Shown: piece after piece, positions 30,142 to 39,716 of the stretch | How positions within the stretch are numbered: the first letter of the stretch is position 1 | Layout of the letters: the number at the start of each line of letters is the position of its first letter | Assembly (NCBI GenBank): GCA_034004165.1 | Contig: JAVEXI010000001.1 | Span: 3,450-67,449, forward strand | Origin: Gudongella sp. | Lineage (GTDB): Bacteria; Bacillota; Clostridia; Tissierellales; Tissierellaceae | Length of the DNA: 64,000 nt | Direction of reading: 5' to 3' | Notes under the pieces: generated by a model | What the model was told of the DNA's origin: nothing | The model's input: the letters and a program-made list of their open reading frames with translations, nothing else | Database searches by the model: none | Made by a program: the position numbers and the translations under genes

Positions 30142-30369
30142 ATGGCGAAGGTCAAAGGAAACGTTACGTTTGAAGAGGACCTATGCAAAGGATGCGGTCT
30201 TTGCGTATCCGTATGTCCTGTCAATATTATCACATTAGATACTGGCAGAATGAATAGAAAGGGCTACTATCCCGCTGCAATTGCGGCAGAAGATATGGAT
30301 AAGTGTATTGCATGTGTAAACTGCGGTATGGTTTGCCCAGATTTAGTTATTACTGTAGAGAGATTGTAA
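30142..30369 (+). CDS. 2-oxoacid:ferredoxin oxidoreductase delta subunit (2x[4Fe-4S] ferredoxin)
   Basis: CKGCGLCVSVCP and CIACVNCGMVCP. ATG 30142 after an AGAGGAGG SD is preferred over the track start 30109. Confidence 0.85.
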   Translation: MAKVKGNVTFEEDLCKGCGLCVSVCPVNIITLDTGRMNRKGYYPAAIAAEDMDKCIACVNCGMVCPDLVITVERL

Positions 30370-30382
30370 AGGAGGGTTACAT

Positions 30383-31447
30383 ATGACTAAAGTTCTCATG
30401 AAAGGGAACGAAGCTGTTGGAGCTGCTGCAATCGCTGCAGGATGCAAGTATTTCTTTGGATATCCAATAACTCCACAAAGTGAGGTTCCCGAGTATTTTG
30501 CAAGAGAGCTCCCCAAAATAGGCGGAGTATTTGTTCAAGCTGAATCAGAAGTTGCTGCAATTAATATGGTATATGGAGCTTCAGGTGCGGGTGCCAGAGT
30601 AATGACATCATCATCAAGCCCTGGTATAGCACTAAAGCAAGAGGGTATTTCATACCTGGCTGGAGCAGAATTACCAGCAGTAATAGTAGACATGATGAGA
30701 GGCGGCCCTGGGCTTGGCTCAATTCAAGCTGCACAAGGGGATTATTTCTTAGCTACTAGAGGCGGTGGAAACGGAGACTACAGGCTAATTGTTTTGGCTC
30801 CTGCGAATGTACAGGAACTGGTTGACCTGATTATTGACGGATTTGACCTTGCAGACATTTACAGAACACCTGTAATGATACTTGGAGATGGTATGATTGG
30901 TCAGATGATGGAACCAGTAGAATTTACTGAAAGAACGCCAAGAGAGATTCCACCAAAAGACTGGGCTACAGTTGGTACAGGTGGCAAAAGAAAGCCTAAT
31001 ATCATAAACTCAGTTTATCTTGCAGCTGAAGACCTTGAAGCTCACAACCATGTGCTACAAGCAAAATATGCTAAGATAAGAGAAAATGAGAAGAGAGTAG
31101 AAACTTATAATATTGAAGATGCCGACATCGTAGTAACTGCTTATGGAACAACTTCAAGAATTGTGAGGACTGCTATTGCAAAGATGGAAAAAGAGGGCAT
31201 GAAGGTTGGATTTATCAGACCAATAAGCTTGTATCCATTCCCAAATGAAGCATATGAGAGTATCAACCCATCATGTAAGGCTGTTCTTACTGTTGAAATG
31301 AGTGCTCACGGACAGATGATTGACGATGTAAGGCTTTCACTGAACGGTTCGATGCCAACATATTTCTACGGAAGATCAGGTGGAATGGTACCAAGTCCCG
31401 ATGAGATCATAAATGAAGTTAAGCAAATTCTTGGAGGTGAAAAATAA
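30383..31447 (+). CDS. 2-oxoacid:ferredoxin oxidoreductase alpha subunit
   Basis: 354 aa; VOR/KOR/POR alpha-family sequence (MKGNEA...GYPITPQSE). Confidence 0.9.
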   Translation: MTKVLMKGNEAVGAAAIAAGCKYFFGYPITPQSEVPEYFARELPKIGGVFVQAESEVAAINMVYGASGAGARVMTSSSSPGIALKQEGISYLAGAELPAVIVDMMRGGPGLGSIQAAQGDYFLATRGGGNGDYRLIVLAPANVQELVDLIIDGFDLADIYRTPVMILGDGMIGQMMEPVEFTERTPREIPPKDWATVGTGGKRKPNIINSVYLAAEDLEAHNHVLQAKYAKIRENEKRVETYNIEDADIVVTAYGTTSRIVRTAIAKMEKEGMKVGFIRPISLYPFPNEAYESINPSCKAVLTVEMSAHGQMIDDVRLSLNGSMPTYFYGRSGGMVPSPDEIINEVKQILGGEK

Positions 31448-32193
31448 TGGCTGTTGTTTTTGAAAAGACTAAAGGTTTGACAGATAAACCTTTCCATTAT
31501 TGTCCCGGTTGTACACACGGCGTAATACACAGACTGGTAGGAGAAGCATTGGTAGAGCTTGGAGTATTGGAAAATGCCATTGGAGTAGCTCCTGTTGGTT
31601 GTGCCGTACTAGCTTATGATTATTTTAATTGCGATATGCATGAAGCAGCTCATGGCCGTGCGCCAGCAGTTGCTACTGGAATTAAGAGAGTTCATCCAGA
31701 CAATTTTGTGTTCACGTATCAAGGAGACGGAGACCTCGCAGCAATAGGTACAGCAGAAATTGTTCAAGCTGCACATAGAGGCGAAAAGTTTTCTACAGTA
31801 TTCGTAAACAATGCAATATATGGAATGACAGGTGGTCAAATGGCTCCTACTACACTGGTAGGACAGAAAGCTACAACTGCTCCTTATGGAAGAGATGAAT
31901 CAACCACAGGACAGCCAATAAAAATGTCAGAGCTACTTGCTACAATCAACGGCGCTGCATTTGTGGAAAGAGTTGCAGTAAATACTCCTGCAAATATAAG
32001 AAAAGCTAAAAGAGCTATACTTGAGTGCTTCAAAGTCCAACTTGAAGGAAAGGGCTTTGGAATAGTTGAGGTATTGTCAACATGCCCAACAAACTGGGGA
32101 TTGACACCTAATGAATCAATGAAGTGGCTTGGAGACAACATGATACCATATTTCCCGTTAGGTAACTTTAGAAAGCCAGAGGAGGTTGAATAG
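31447..32193 (+). CDS. 2-oxoacid:ferredoxin oxidoreductase beta (TPP-binding) subunit
   Basis: 248 aa; CPGC..H at the N-terminus and the TPP motif GDGD...NN. Confidence 0.9.
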   Translation: MAVVFEKTKGLTDKPFHYCPGCTHGVIHRLVGEALVELGVLENAIGVAPVGCAVLAYDYFNCDMHEAAHGRAPAVATGIKRVHPDNFVFTYQGDGDLAAIGTAEIVQAAHRGEKFSTVFVNNAIYGMTGGQMAPTTLVGQKATTAPYGRDESTTGQPIKMSELLATINGAAFVERVAVNTPANIRKAKRAILECFKVQLEGKGFGIVEVLSTCPTNWGLTPNESMKWLGDNMIPYFPLGNFRKPEEVE

Positions 32194-32747
32194 TGATGAA
32201 CGAAAAATTGATTATCGCTGGCTTTGGCGGACAGGGAGTCATGGCGATGGGACAACTACTTACTTATTCAGGAATGATTGAAGATAAGAATGTATCCTGG
32301 TTGCCATCCTATGGTCCTGAGATGAGAGGCGGCACAGCAAACTGTAACGTTACAATATCATCAGATGCAGTAGGTTCGCCTGTAGTTGTAGATTCGACAA
32401 CTGTAATAGTTATGAATCTTCCTAGCTTAGACAAATTTGAATCCAGTGTTGAACCAGGTGGAAGATTGTTTATAAACTCATCTTTGATAAGTAAAAAATC
32501 AACTAGAGATGACATTGAAGTTTACTACATTCCTGCCAATGACATAGCTAATGAACTTGGAAATACAAGAATAGCTAACATGGTAATGTTGGGAGCTTAT
32601 CTTGGCGTAACTGATTTGGTAAAATTCGAATCAATTTACGAAGCGTTTGGGCAAGTATTTGGAGAGACAAAAGCACATTTACTGCCGATAAACAAAGAAG
32701 CTCTTGCCAGAGGAGCAGAACTTACAAGAGAAAAAGCAGAAGTATAA
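32193..32747 (+). CDS. 2-oxoacid:ferredoxin oxidoreductase gamma subunit
   Basis: 184 aa; GFGGQGV motif. GTG 32193 or ATG 32196 are both possible starts, both after GGAGG at 32181-32185. Confidence 0.9.
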   Translation: MMNEKLIIAGFGGQGVMAMGQLLTYSGMIEDKNVSWLPSYGPEMRGGTANCNVTISSDAVGSPVVVDSTTVIVMNLPSLDKFESSVEPGGRLFINSSLISKKSTRDDIEVYYIPANDIANELGNTRIANMVMLGAYLGVTDLVKFESIYEAFGQVFGETKAHLLPINKEALARGAELTREKAEV

Positions 32748-32753
32748 AACAAA

Positions 32754-32786
32754 GAAAAGCCAGACTTTATCGTCTGGCTTTTTTCT
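32754..32786. terminator. Bidirectional rho-independent terminator
   Basis: Stem AGCCAGAC / GTCTGGCT with an A-run before and a T-run after, between convergent operons. Confidence 0.85.
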
Positions 32787-33834
32787 ATGAGAAAAGTTCT
32801 TCTATTAGCTGTTTTACTGAGATAATTTTATCGATTAGATAGCCTTTTTTCCCTATAAATATCAATCCATTGTCTGTATCACCTGTTACTGACCGAATTA
32901 AAGCATTAGTAATACAGTACTGAGTAGTTGCTGGATTACATGGTTCAAGACAATTATAACATTTAGTAACTTTTTCTCTTTCGAGGGCGACACGCTTGAC
33001 AAAATCGTTTAGAATAGCCTGACCTGGCATACCTACAGGACTTTTAACGTATCCTATATCTTCTATACTTGAATCAACGTAAGCTTTTTTAAAACGAATA
33101 TCAGCGTCACATTCGTCTGTGGCAACGAATCTGGTTCCCATTTGGACACCGTCGGCTCCTGCACTTAATGCCTCTTCAACATCAGAACGACTGAAAATTC
33201 CTCCAGCAGCTACGACTGGAATCTTTGTTGCCAAATCTGTTTCCATCGGTACCAAAGCTTTTTTGACCTCTGCAATTAACTCAGGTATCCTTAGAAGATT
33301 TCCTGATTTTAATACATCCATAGGAAAACCAAGATGTCCTCCAGCAAGAGGACCTTCTGCTATAATAAGATCAGGAACGTAATTATGTCTTTTTGACCAC
33401 AACTTGGTAATTACCGCAGCTGCTTTACCTGAAGATACGATTGGTGCTGCTTTAGTCTTTGTTCCCTTGACTAAAGAAGGTAGATCGCTAGGCAAACCAG
33501 CTCCAGAAATTATCAAATCAATTCCCTCTTCAACTGCAGTTTTGACCATTTCTTTATAGTTTTCAATTGGAACCATTAGATTAACGGCAAGTATTCCATC
33601 TGGGCTCAGCTCTCGTGCTCTCCTTATTTCTTTTTGTAGTGCACGAATATTAGCCCCTTTGGGGTCTTTACCAAAATCAGGCTCCCTAAAGCCTATTTGA
33701 ACTCCTGATATGGTACCAATGCCTCCGCAGTTAGCGACTGCTGATGCAAGTCCAGAAAGCGACACACCAACACCCATCCCTCCCTGAATCAGAGGTATAC
33801 GGCTGGTCTTTTCGCCAATTATTAATTGTTTCAT
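32785..33834 (-). CDS. Nitronate monooxygenase / FabK-like FMN oxidoreductase paralogue with Cys-rich C-terminal segment
   Basis: 349 aa; IQGGMG FMN-barrel start, GVQMGTRF, and CYNCLEPCNPATTQYC near the C-terminus. Lies downstream of fabZ on the - strand. Confidence 0.8.
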   Translation of the reverse strand: MKQLIIGEKTSRIPLIQGGMGVGVSLSGLASAVANCGGIGTISGVQIGFREPDFGKDPKGANIRALQKEIRRARELSPDGILAVNLMVPIENYKEMVKTAVEEGIDLIISGAGLPSDLPSLVKGTKTKAAPIVSSGKAAAVITKLWSKRHNYVPDLIIAEGPLAGGHLGFPMDVLKSGNLLRIPELIAEVKKALVPMETDLATKIPVVAAGGIFSRSDVEEALSAGADGVQMGTRFVATDECDADIRFKKAYVDSSIEDIGYVKSPVGMPGQAILNDFVKRVALEREKVTKCYNCLEPCNPATTQYCITNALIRSVTGDTDNGLIFIGKKGYLIDKIISVKQLIEELFS

Positions 33835-33854
33835 ATAAAGTCATCCTCCAACTA

Positions 33855-34301
33855 TTATTCAATTGCAAACAGGAATTCACCCTCTGCTGCAATTTCTTCT
33901 CCAACATAGGCTTTGCCCTGCCCAATTCCTATACCTGCTCTGACTTTGGTTATTTCAACATCCATCCTAAGCACATCTCCGGGAACAATTTTTCTTTTGA
34001 ACCTGAATTTGTTAATACCTGCAAAATACGCGGTCTTGCCTTTAAAATCTTCCTGCGAAAGTAAGATTACAGCACCAGCTTGGGCCATAGTTTCAACTAG
34101 GATTACTCCGGGCATAACAGGATTTCCTGGGAAGTGTCCAGTAAAATAGCTTTCATTTATAGTTACATTCTTGTAGCCAGTTCCCTTAAGACCTTCCTCT
34201 GACACTTCAACTTTGTCGATAAATATGAATGGGTTTCTGTGTGGTATTATTGAAAGAATTTCGTTTATTCCGTATACTTTTATTGTTTTCACCTCCTCCA
34301 A
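33855..34301 (-). CDS. fabZ: 3-hydroxyacyl-ACP dehydratase
   Basis: 148 aa; hot-dog fold motif HFPGNPVMPGVL; GGAGGAGG SD. Confidence 0.9.
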   Translation of the reverse strand: MEEVKTIKVYGINEILSIIPHRNPFIFIDKVEVSEEGLKGTGYKNVTINESYFTGHFPGNPVMPGVILVETMAQAGAVILLSQEDFKGKTAYFAGINKFRFKRKIVPGDVLRMDVEITKVRAGIGIGQGKAYVGEEIAAEGEFLFAIE

Positions 34302-34471
34302 TTATTAATGGCTTCTTAGAAAAACATTGCTAAATTTTTAAATATGATTTATACTATTTCTAAGTTTGCAATCGCCTATAGACAATCTTAATTTAAATTG
34401 GAGCATTTTGCAAACAAATAATTGTCGGAGGTGTTTTTCAAGACACAACTGTATAATTAGGAGGTGTACAA

Positions 34472-35479
34472 TTGAAGAAAATATCGGTTGGAATAACCGG
34501 TCTGGGAAGCTATGTTCCCAGTATGGCGATGACTAACGAAGATATGTCAAAACTGGTAGAGACCAGTGATGAATGGATTACTTCGAGAACCGGTATCAGG
34601 GAGAGAAGGATAGCTGATGAGAATACTGCAACATCAGACCTTGCTACAAATGCTGCAGAAAATGCGCTTAAAGATGCAGGCATAAATGCCTCAGATATCG
34701 ACCTGATAATCGTAGCCACTGCGACACCTGACCACATGTTCCCATCTACTGCAGCAATAGTGCAGAAGAATCTTGGGGCAGAAAAGGCAGCTGCATTTGA
34801 TTTAAGTGTGGGATGTTCAGGATTTATTTACGCAGTTATGACAGGTTCAAATTTTATTGCCACTGGAATGTACAAAAAAGTGCTGGTAATAGGCGCTGAA
34901 ACATTGTCAAAGATAGTTGACTGGACTGACAGAAATACTTGTGTACTGTTTGGTGACGGAGCTGGAGCTTGTGTTTTGGAACCATGTGACGAAAGTTTTG
35001 GAATTCTTTCTTCAGAGCTTGGGTCAGATGGTCCCAATGGGGACGTTTTAATACTACCTGCGGGTGGATCAAGAAATCCTGCTACGGCTGAAACAGTAAA
35101 AAATAATATGCATACTATAAAAATGGATGGCAAAGAAGTTTTCAAATTTGCTGTGCGTGTTATGGAAAAGTCATCCGTCAGAGTGCTGGAAGAGGCAGGA
35201 CTCACACCGGAAGATATAGATTTTCTTATTCCACATCAGGCAAATATGAGAATTATTGATGCTGCTATGAAAAAGCTGCAGCTGGACAAAGAAAAGACAT
35301 ATATAAACTTAGATAAGTACGGAAACATGTCCGCTGCTTCAGTTCCTGTTGCCCTTGATGAGGCCGTTAGAGAAAACAGGATAAAGAAGGGCGATATTGT
35401 TCTGCTTATTGCATTTGGCGCAGGGTTATCCTGGGCTTCTATTGTCATGCGCTGGAACAGGGGGGAGAAGTATGATTAG
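34472..35479 (+). CDS. fabH: 3-oxoacyl-ACP synthase III
   Basis: 335 aa; active-site CSGF, H..N catalytic residues; TTG start after an AGGAGG SD. Confidence 0.9.
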   Translation: MKKISVGITGLGSYVPSMAMTNEDMSKLVETSDEWITSRTGIRERRIADENTATSDLATNAAENALKDAGINASDIDLIIVATATPDHMFPSTAAIVQKNLGAEKAAAFDLSVGCSGFIYAVMTGSNFIATGMYKKVLVIGAETLSKIVDWTDRNTCVLFGDGAGACVLEPCDESFGILSSELGSDGPNGDVLILPAGGSRNPATAETVKNNMHTIKMDGKEVFKFAVRVMEKSSVRVLEEAGLTPEDIDFLIPHQANMRIIDAAMKKLQLDKEKTYINLDKYGNMSAASVPVALDEAVRENRIKKGDIVLLIAFGAGLSWASIVMRWNRGEKYD

Positions 35480-36431
35480 TACGAGAATTACTGAGATTTT
35501 GGGAATCGAGTACCCAGTAATACAGGGAGGCATGGCTTGGGTTGCCACTCATGAATTAGCATCCGCTGTATCTGAGGCTGGAGGGCTGGGAGTTATAGCT
35601 GCCGGAAATGCTCCAGGAGAATTTGTAAGAAATGAAATCAGAGAATTGAGAAAAAGAACAAGTAAGCCATTTGCTGTAAATATAATGCTACTATCGCCAT
35701 TTGCTGATCAGGTTGCTGAAATTGTGTGTGAAGAGGGAGTGCCCATCGTTACTACAGGTGCTGGGAACCCTGGAAAATATCTTGAAAAATTTAGACAGCA
35801 CAATATTAAGGTAATTCCTGTTGTGCCATCTGTAGCTCTGGCTAAGAGAATGGAGAAACAGGGGGTAGATGCCCTTATAGTAGAAGGCACAGAAGCTGGA
35901 GGGCATATCGGAGAACTGACCACAATGTCTCTCATTCCTCAGGTATGTGATGCAGTAGAATTGCCAGTTATCGCAGCTGGAGGGATTGCAGATGGAAGAG
36001 GATTTGCAGCTGCTTTTGCACTAGGCGCAGAAGGGATACAGATGGGAACGCGATTTGTCTGCTCTACCGAAGCAAAAGTACATCCCAAATACAAAGAGAT
36101 GCTGATAAATGCAGGCGATCGAGATGCTATAGTAACAGGAAGATCTACCGGACATCCAGTCAGGGTTCTTAAGAATCGATTTACTCGAGATTTCCTTGAA
36201 ATGGAGAAAAAAGGAGCAAGCAAAGAAGATTTAGAGAAATCGGGCGCTGGCAGATTAAGACTGGCTGTAGTCGATGGGGATATTGACAACGGCTCAGTAA
36301 TGTCAGGACAGATTGCTGGCATGATAAATGACATCAAAAGCTGTGAAGAAATAATTCACGGTATGACAGAAGAGGCTATAAATGTTTTAACAAGGCTGCA
36401 AAAGGTTGCTGGAGGTGTTGTAAATGGCTAA
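35472..36431 (+). CDS. fabK: Enoyl-ACP reductase II (FMN-dependent)
   Basis: MISTRITEILGIEYPVIQGGMAWV... The ATG at 35472 overlaps the fabH stop by 8 nt. The track's longer start 35397 lies inside fabH. Confidence 0.85.
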   Translation: MISTRITEILGIEYPVIQGGMAWVATHELASAVSEAGGLGVIAAGNAPGEFVRNEIRELRKRTSKPFAVNIMLLSPFADQVAEIVCEEGVPIVTTGAGNPGKYLEKFRQHNIKVIPVVPSVALAKRMEKQGVDALIVEGTEAGGHIGELTTMSLIPQVCDAVELPVIAAGGIADGRGFAAAFALGAEGIQMGTRFVCSTEAKVHPKYKEMLINAGDRDAIVTGRSTGHPVRVLKNRFTRDFLEMEKKGASKEDLEKSGAGRLRLAVVDGDIDNGSVMSGQIAGMINDIKSCEEIIHGMTEEAINVLTRLQKVAGGVVNG

Positions 36432-37377
36432 GACCGCATTTCTGTTCCCAGGGCAGGGTGCTCAGCATATTGGCATGGGAAGAGACTTTTTTGAGCAGAT
36501 AAGAGAATCAAAGGAGATATTCAAAGAAGCGGATGAAGCACTTCAGATGGACCTTTCAGGGCTTATCTTTGAAGGTTCTGAAGAAGATTTGAAAAAGACT
36601 GAGAATACTCAGCCTGCTATTCTTACTGCCAGCATCGCAATGCTGAAGGCTTTGGAAAGAGATGGTATATACTGTGATTATACTGCTGGATTAAGCCTTG
36701 GTGAATACAGCTCTCTTGTGATGAGTAAAGCAATAAGGTTTGCAGATGCACTGAAAATTGTTAGGGAAAGAGGCAGATTCATGCAAGAAGCTGTCCCTCA
36801 AGGAATTGGTGGAATGGCAGCAATTTTGGGTCTGGACAGGGCACATCTTCCTGCTATACTAGAAATGTCAAAGAGTTATGGCGTTGTTGAAGTAGCAAAT
36901 TACAACAGCCCAGAGCAGATAGTAATTTCAGGTATGAAAGAAGGTCTTAAAATAGCCTGTGATAAAGCAGTAGAATTAGGTGCAAAAAAAGCAGTTGAAC
37001 TACCTGTAAGCGCACCATTTCACACTTCTTTATTGTCTTCTGCAGGAGTAAAACTAGAGGGCGAGCTAAGAAAGGTTGAACTGGGTGAGCTTAAAACAAA
37101 AGTCGTATCTAACGTTGATGGCAGAGTTGTCGAAACTAGTGACGAATTGGTATCAAAGCTGGTAAATCAGGTTTCAAATTCTGTTTTGTGGCAGCAGTCT
37201 ATAGAATTTATGATAAATGAAGGTGTAGATACATTTGTAGAGATAGGGCCTGGCAAATCACTTTCGGGTTTTGCTAAGAGAATAAGTAAAGCAATGGGCA
37301 AAGAAGTAAGAATTCTAAATGTATCTTCTGTTGAAAGCTATAAAGAAACTGTTGAAAAACTTACAAAGGGGGCGTAA
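36424..37377 (+). CDS. fabD: Malonyl-CoA:ACP transacylase
   Basis: 317 aa; active-site GLSLGEYS. Confidence 0.92.
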   Translation: MAKTAFLFPGQGAQHIGMGRDFFEQIRESKEIFKEADEALQMDLSGLIFEGSEEDLKKTENTQPAILTASIAMLKALERDGIYCDYTAGLSLGEYSSLVMSKAIRFADALKIVRERGRFMQEAVPQGIGGMAAILGLDRAHLPAILEMSKSYGVVEVANYNSPEQIVISGMKEGLKIACDKAVELGAKKAVELPVSAPFHTSLLSSAGVKLEGELRKVELGELKTKVVSNVDGRVVETSDELVSKLVNQVSNSVLWQQSIEFMINEGVDTFVEIGPGKSLSGFAKRISKAMGKEVRILNVSSVESYKETVEKLTKGA

Positions 37378-37379
37378 GG

Positions 37380-38117
37380 ATGGAAAAAAAGACAGCCCTG
37401 GTCACCGGAGGCAGCAGAGGCATAGGAAGGAAAATAGCCCTTGGCCTTGCAAATAAAGGATATAATGTGGCAATAACTTATGTAAATAACAAAACATTGG
37501 CCGAAGAAGTTGTGGTTGAGCTGAATGCTGCTGGGGTTGATGCTATTGCAGTTAAGGCTGATACATGTGATGCTCTTCAAGTGGATGAGATGGTGAAGAC
37601 AATAGAAAAAAACCTTGGGAAAATTGATATTCTGGTTAACAATGCTGGAATAACAAGAGATAATCTCATAATTAGAATGAGTGAATCAGACTGGGACCAG
37701 GTTATAGATACAAATCTTAAAGGTGCGTTTCTTACTTCTAAAGCAGTAGTTAGGGGCATGATGAAGAACCGATATGGCAAAATAATCAACATATCGTCTG
37801 TAGTAGGAGTAATGGGCAATGCGGGGCAGGCAAACTATTCTGCATCAAAAGCTGGTTTGATAGGTTTGACCAAATCCTTAGCAAAGGAAATGGCTTCCAG
37901 AGGCATCAGAGTAAATGCCATAGCACCAGGTTTTATAAAGACAGATATGACTGATGCTTTAAGTGAAGATGTACAAAATGAAATGAAAAGAGCAATACCA
38001 CTGGGTTACTTTGCAGACCCAGAGGAGATAAGTAATCTCGTGAATTTTCTTGCTGGTGATGAGTCTGATTATATTACCGGACAAGTTATTCAAATAGATG
38101 GCGGAATGCACATATAA
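37380..38117 (+). CDS. fabG: 3-oxoacyl-ACP reductase
   Basis: 245 aa; SDR TGGSRGIG and YSASKAG motifs. Confidence 0.92.
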   Translation: MEKKTALVTGGSRGIGRKIALGLANKGYNVAITYVNNKTLAEEVVVELNAAGVDAIAVKADTCDALQVDEMVKTIEKNLGKIDILVNNAGITRDNLIIRMSESDWDQVIDTNLKGAFLTSKAVVRGMMKNRYGKIINISSVVGVMGNAGQANYSASKAGLIGLTKSLAKEMASRGIRVNAIAPGFIKTDMTDALSEDVQNEMKRAIPLGYFADPEEISNLVNFLAGDESDYITGQVIQIDGGMHI

Positions 38118-38132
38118 TAAGGAGGAATAAAA

Positions 38133-38363
38133 ATGGTATTTGAAAAGGTAGTTAAAATTATTGCAGAACAACTGGATGCTGATGTTGAGGAAATTACAAT
38201 GGAAACATCTCTTATGAAGGATCTTGAAGCAGATTCTCTTGACGCTGTTGAAATTATGATGGCTCTTGAAGATGAGTTTGGAATAGAAATACCTGATGAA
38301 GATGCTGAAAAATTTGCAAATATTGGTGATATCACAAAATATGTGGAGGAAAAGATAGCTTAA
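38133..38363 (+). CDS. acpP: Acyl carrier protein
   Basis: 76 aa; phosphopantetheine site LEADSLD. Confidence 0.95.
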   Translation: MVFEKVVKIIAEQLDADVEEITMETSLMKDLEADSLDAVEIMMALEDEFGIEIPDEDAEKFANIGDITKYVEEKIA

Positions 38364-38379
38364 TCGATGGGGTGAAAAT

Positions 38380-39615
38380 ATGAAAAGAGTTGTACTGACA
38401 GGCTTAGGAGCTGTTACCCCTATTGGAACAGGGAAAGAAGACTTTTGGAATGCTCTTATTTCAGGAAAGTCAGGAGTTGGATATATAACAAAATTTGATG
38501 CTTCATGTCACGAAACGAAGATTGCAGCTGAAGTTAAAGATTTTGATCCGTCTCAGTACATGGATAAAAAAGAAGCAAAGAGGATGGATAACTTTGCTAA
38601 GTATGCAGTTGCCGGTGCTAAAATGGCTATAGAAGACTCAGGTCTTGAACTAAGCGCAATTAACTTAAACAGAGCTGGAGCTATCGTAGGTTCAGGAATA
38701 GGTGGCATAACATCTCTTGAGTCAGAGAAAGAAAAATTTGACGAAAAGGGACCTGGTAGAATCAGTCCGCTGTTTATTCCGATGATGATAGCTAATATGG
38801 CTGCAGGACAGGTTTCAATGGCTTTTGGATTGAAGGGTGCATCTATGACAATCACGACCGCGTGCGCGTCAGCTACACATGCTATAGGTGAAGCCTTCAG
38901 GATGATAAAGTATGGGAATCTGGATATTGCTGTGACTGGCGGAACGGAAAGCTCGATAACTCCATTATCCATGGCAGGATTTATTTCAATGAAAGCACTT
39001 TCAACAAGAAATGATGATCCAGAAAAAGCAAGCAGACCTTTCGACAAAGACAGAGATGGTTTTGTCATGGGAGAGGGTTCAGGTATGTTAGTATTAGAGG
39101 AACTAGAACATGCATTAGAAAGAGGAGCCCATATTTACGCTGAAATAATCGGTTATGGCGCAACTTCTGATGCTTTTCACATAACTCAGCCAGACCCTGA
39201 GGCTATTGGAGCAACACGTGCTATGGCTCTCGCGCTCGAAGAAGGCGGAGTGAGTGTATGCGACGTTGACTACATCAATGCTCATGGTACCAGTACCTAT
39301 TACAACGATAAACTTGAGACTCTGGCTATTAAAAATCTGTTTGGTGAATATGCAGGGAAGATTAATATAAGCTCTACAAAGTCAATGACAGGACATCTTC
39401 TTGGAGCTGCAGGAGGTATAGAAACTATTGCTACTGCTCTTGCAATTTCAACAGGAGTAATTCCTCCTACAATTAACCAAGGAGTACCTGATGAAGAGTG
39501 CGACCTTAATTATACTCCCAATGTTGCAGTAAACAGAGAAGTTAAATATGCTCTTTCAAACTCTCTGGGCTTTGGTGGTCATAATGCCAGCATACTATTG
39601 GGTAAGTACGAGTAA
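38380..39615 (+). CDS. fabF: 3-oxoacyl-ACP synthase II
   Basis: 411 aa; active-site TACAS, the two catalytic His contexts (NAHGTST, GHLLGAAG). Confidence 0.92.
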   Translation: MKRVVLTGLGAVTPIGTGKEDFWNALISGKSGVGYITKFDASCHETKIAAEVKDFDPSQYMDKKEAKRMDNFAKYAVAGAKMAIEDSGLELSAINLNRAGAIVGSGIGGITSLESEKEKFDEKGPGRISPLFIPMMIANMAAGQVSMAFGLKGASMTITTACASATHAIGEAFRMIKYGNLDIAVTGGTESSITPLSMAGFISMKALSTRNDDPEKASRPFDKDRDGFVMGEGSGMLVLEELEHALERGAHIYAEIIGYGATSDAFHITQPDPEAIGATRAMALALEEGGVSVCDVDYINAHGTSTYYNDKLETLAIKNLFGEYAGKINISSTKSMTGHLLGAAGGIETIATALAISTGVIPPTINQGVPDEECDLNYTPNVAVNREVKYALSNSLGFGGHNASILLGKYE

Positions 39616-39632
39616 ATAAATATGAACATTTA

Positions 39633-39661
39633 AGCTGCCGTCTGTTAAACGGCAGTTTTTC
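39633..39661 (+). terminator. Rho-independent terminator after fabF
   Basis: Stem CTGCCGT / ACGGCAG followed by TTTTT. Confidence 0.85.
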
Positions 39662-39716
39662 CTATGTAAAGAGACTGTTTTATGCTATACTTTACATAGA
39701 ATTATGGAGGAGTGAA

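Noticed and set aside
35397-35471. Longer N-terminal extension of the fabK ORF (MFCLLHLAQG...)
   Set aside because: The extension lies wholly inside fabH in another frame. The ATG at 35472 has its own G-rich SD and gives the conserved FabK N-terminus.
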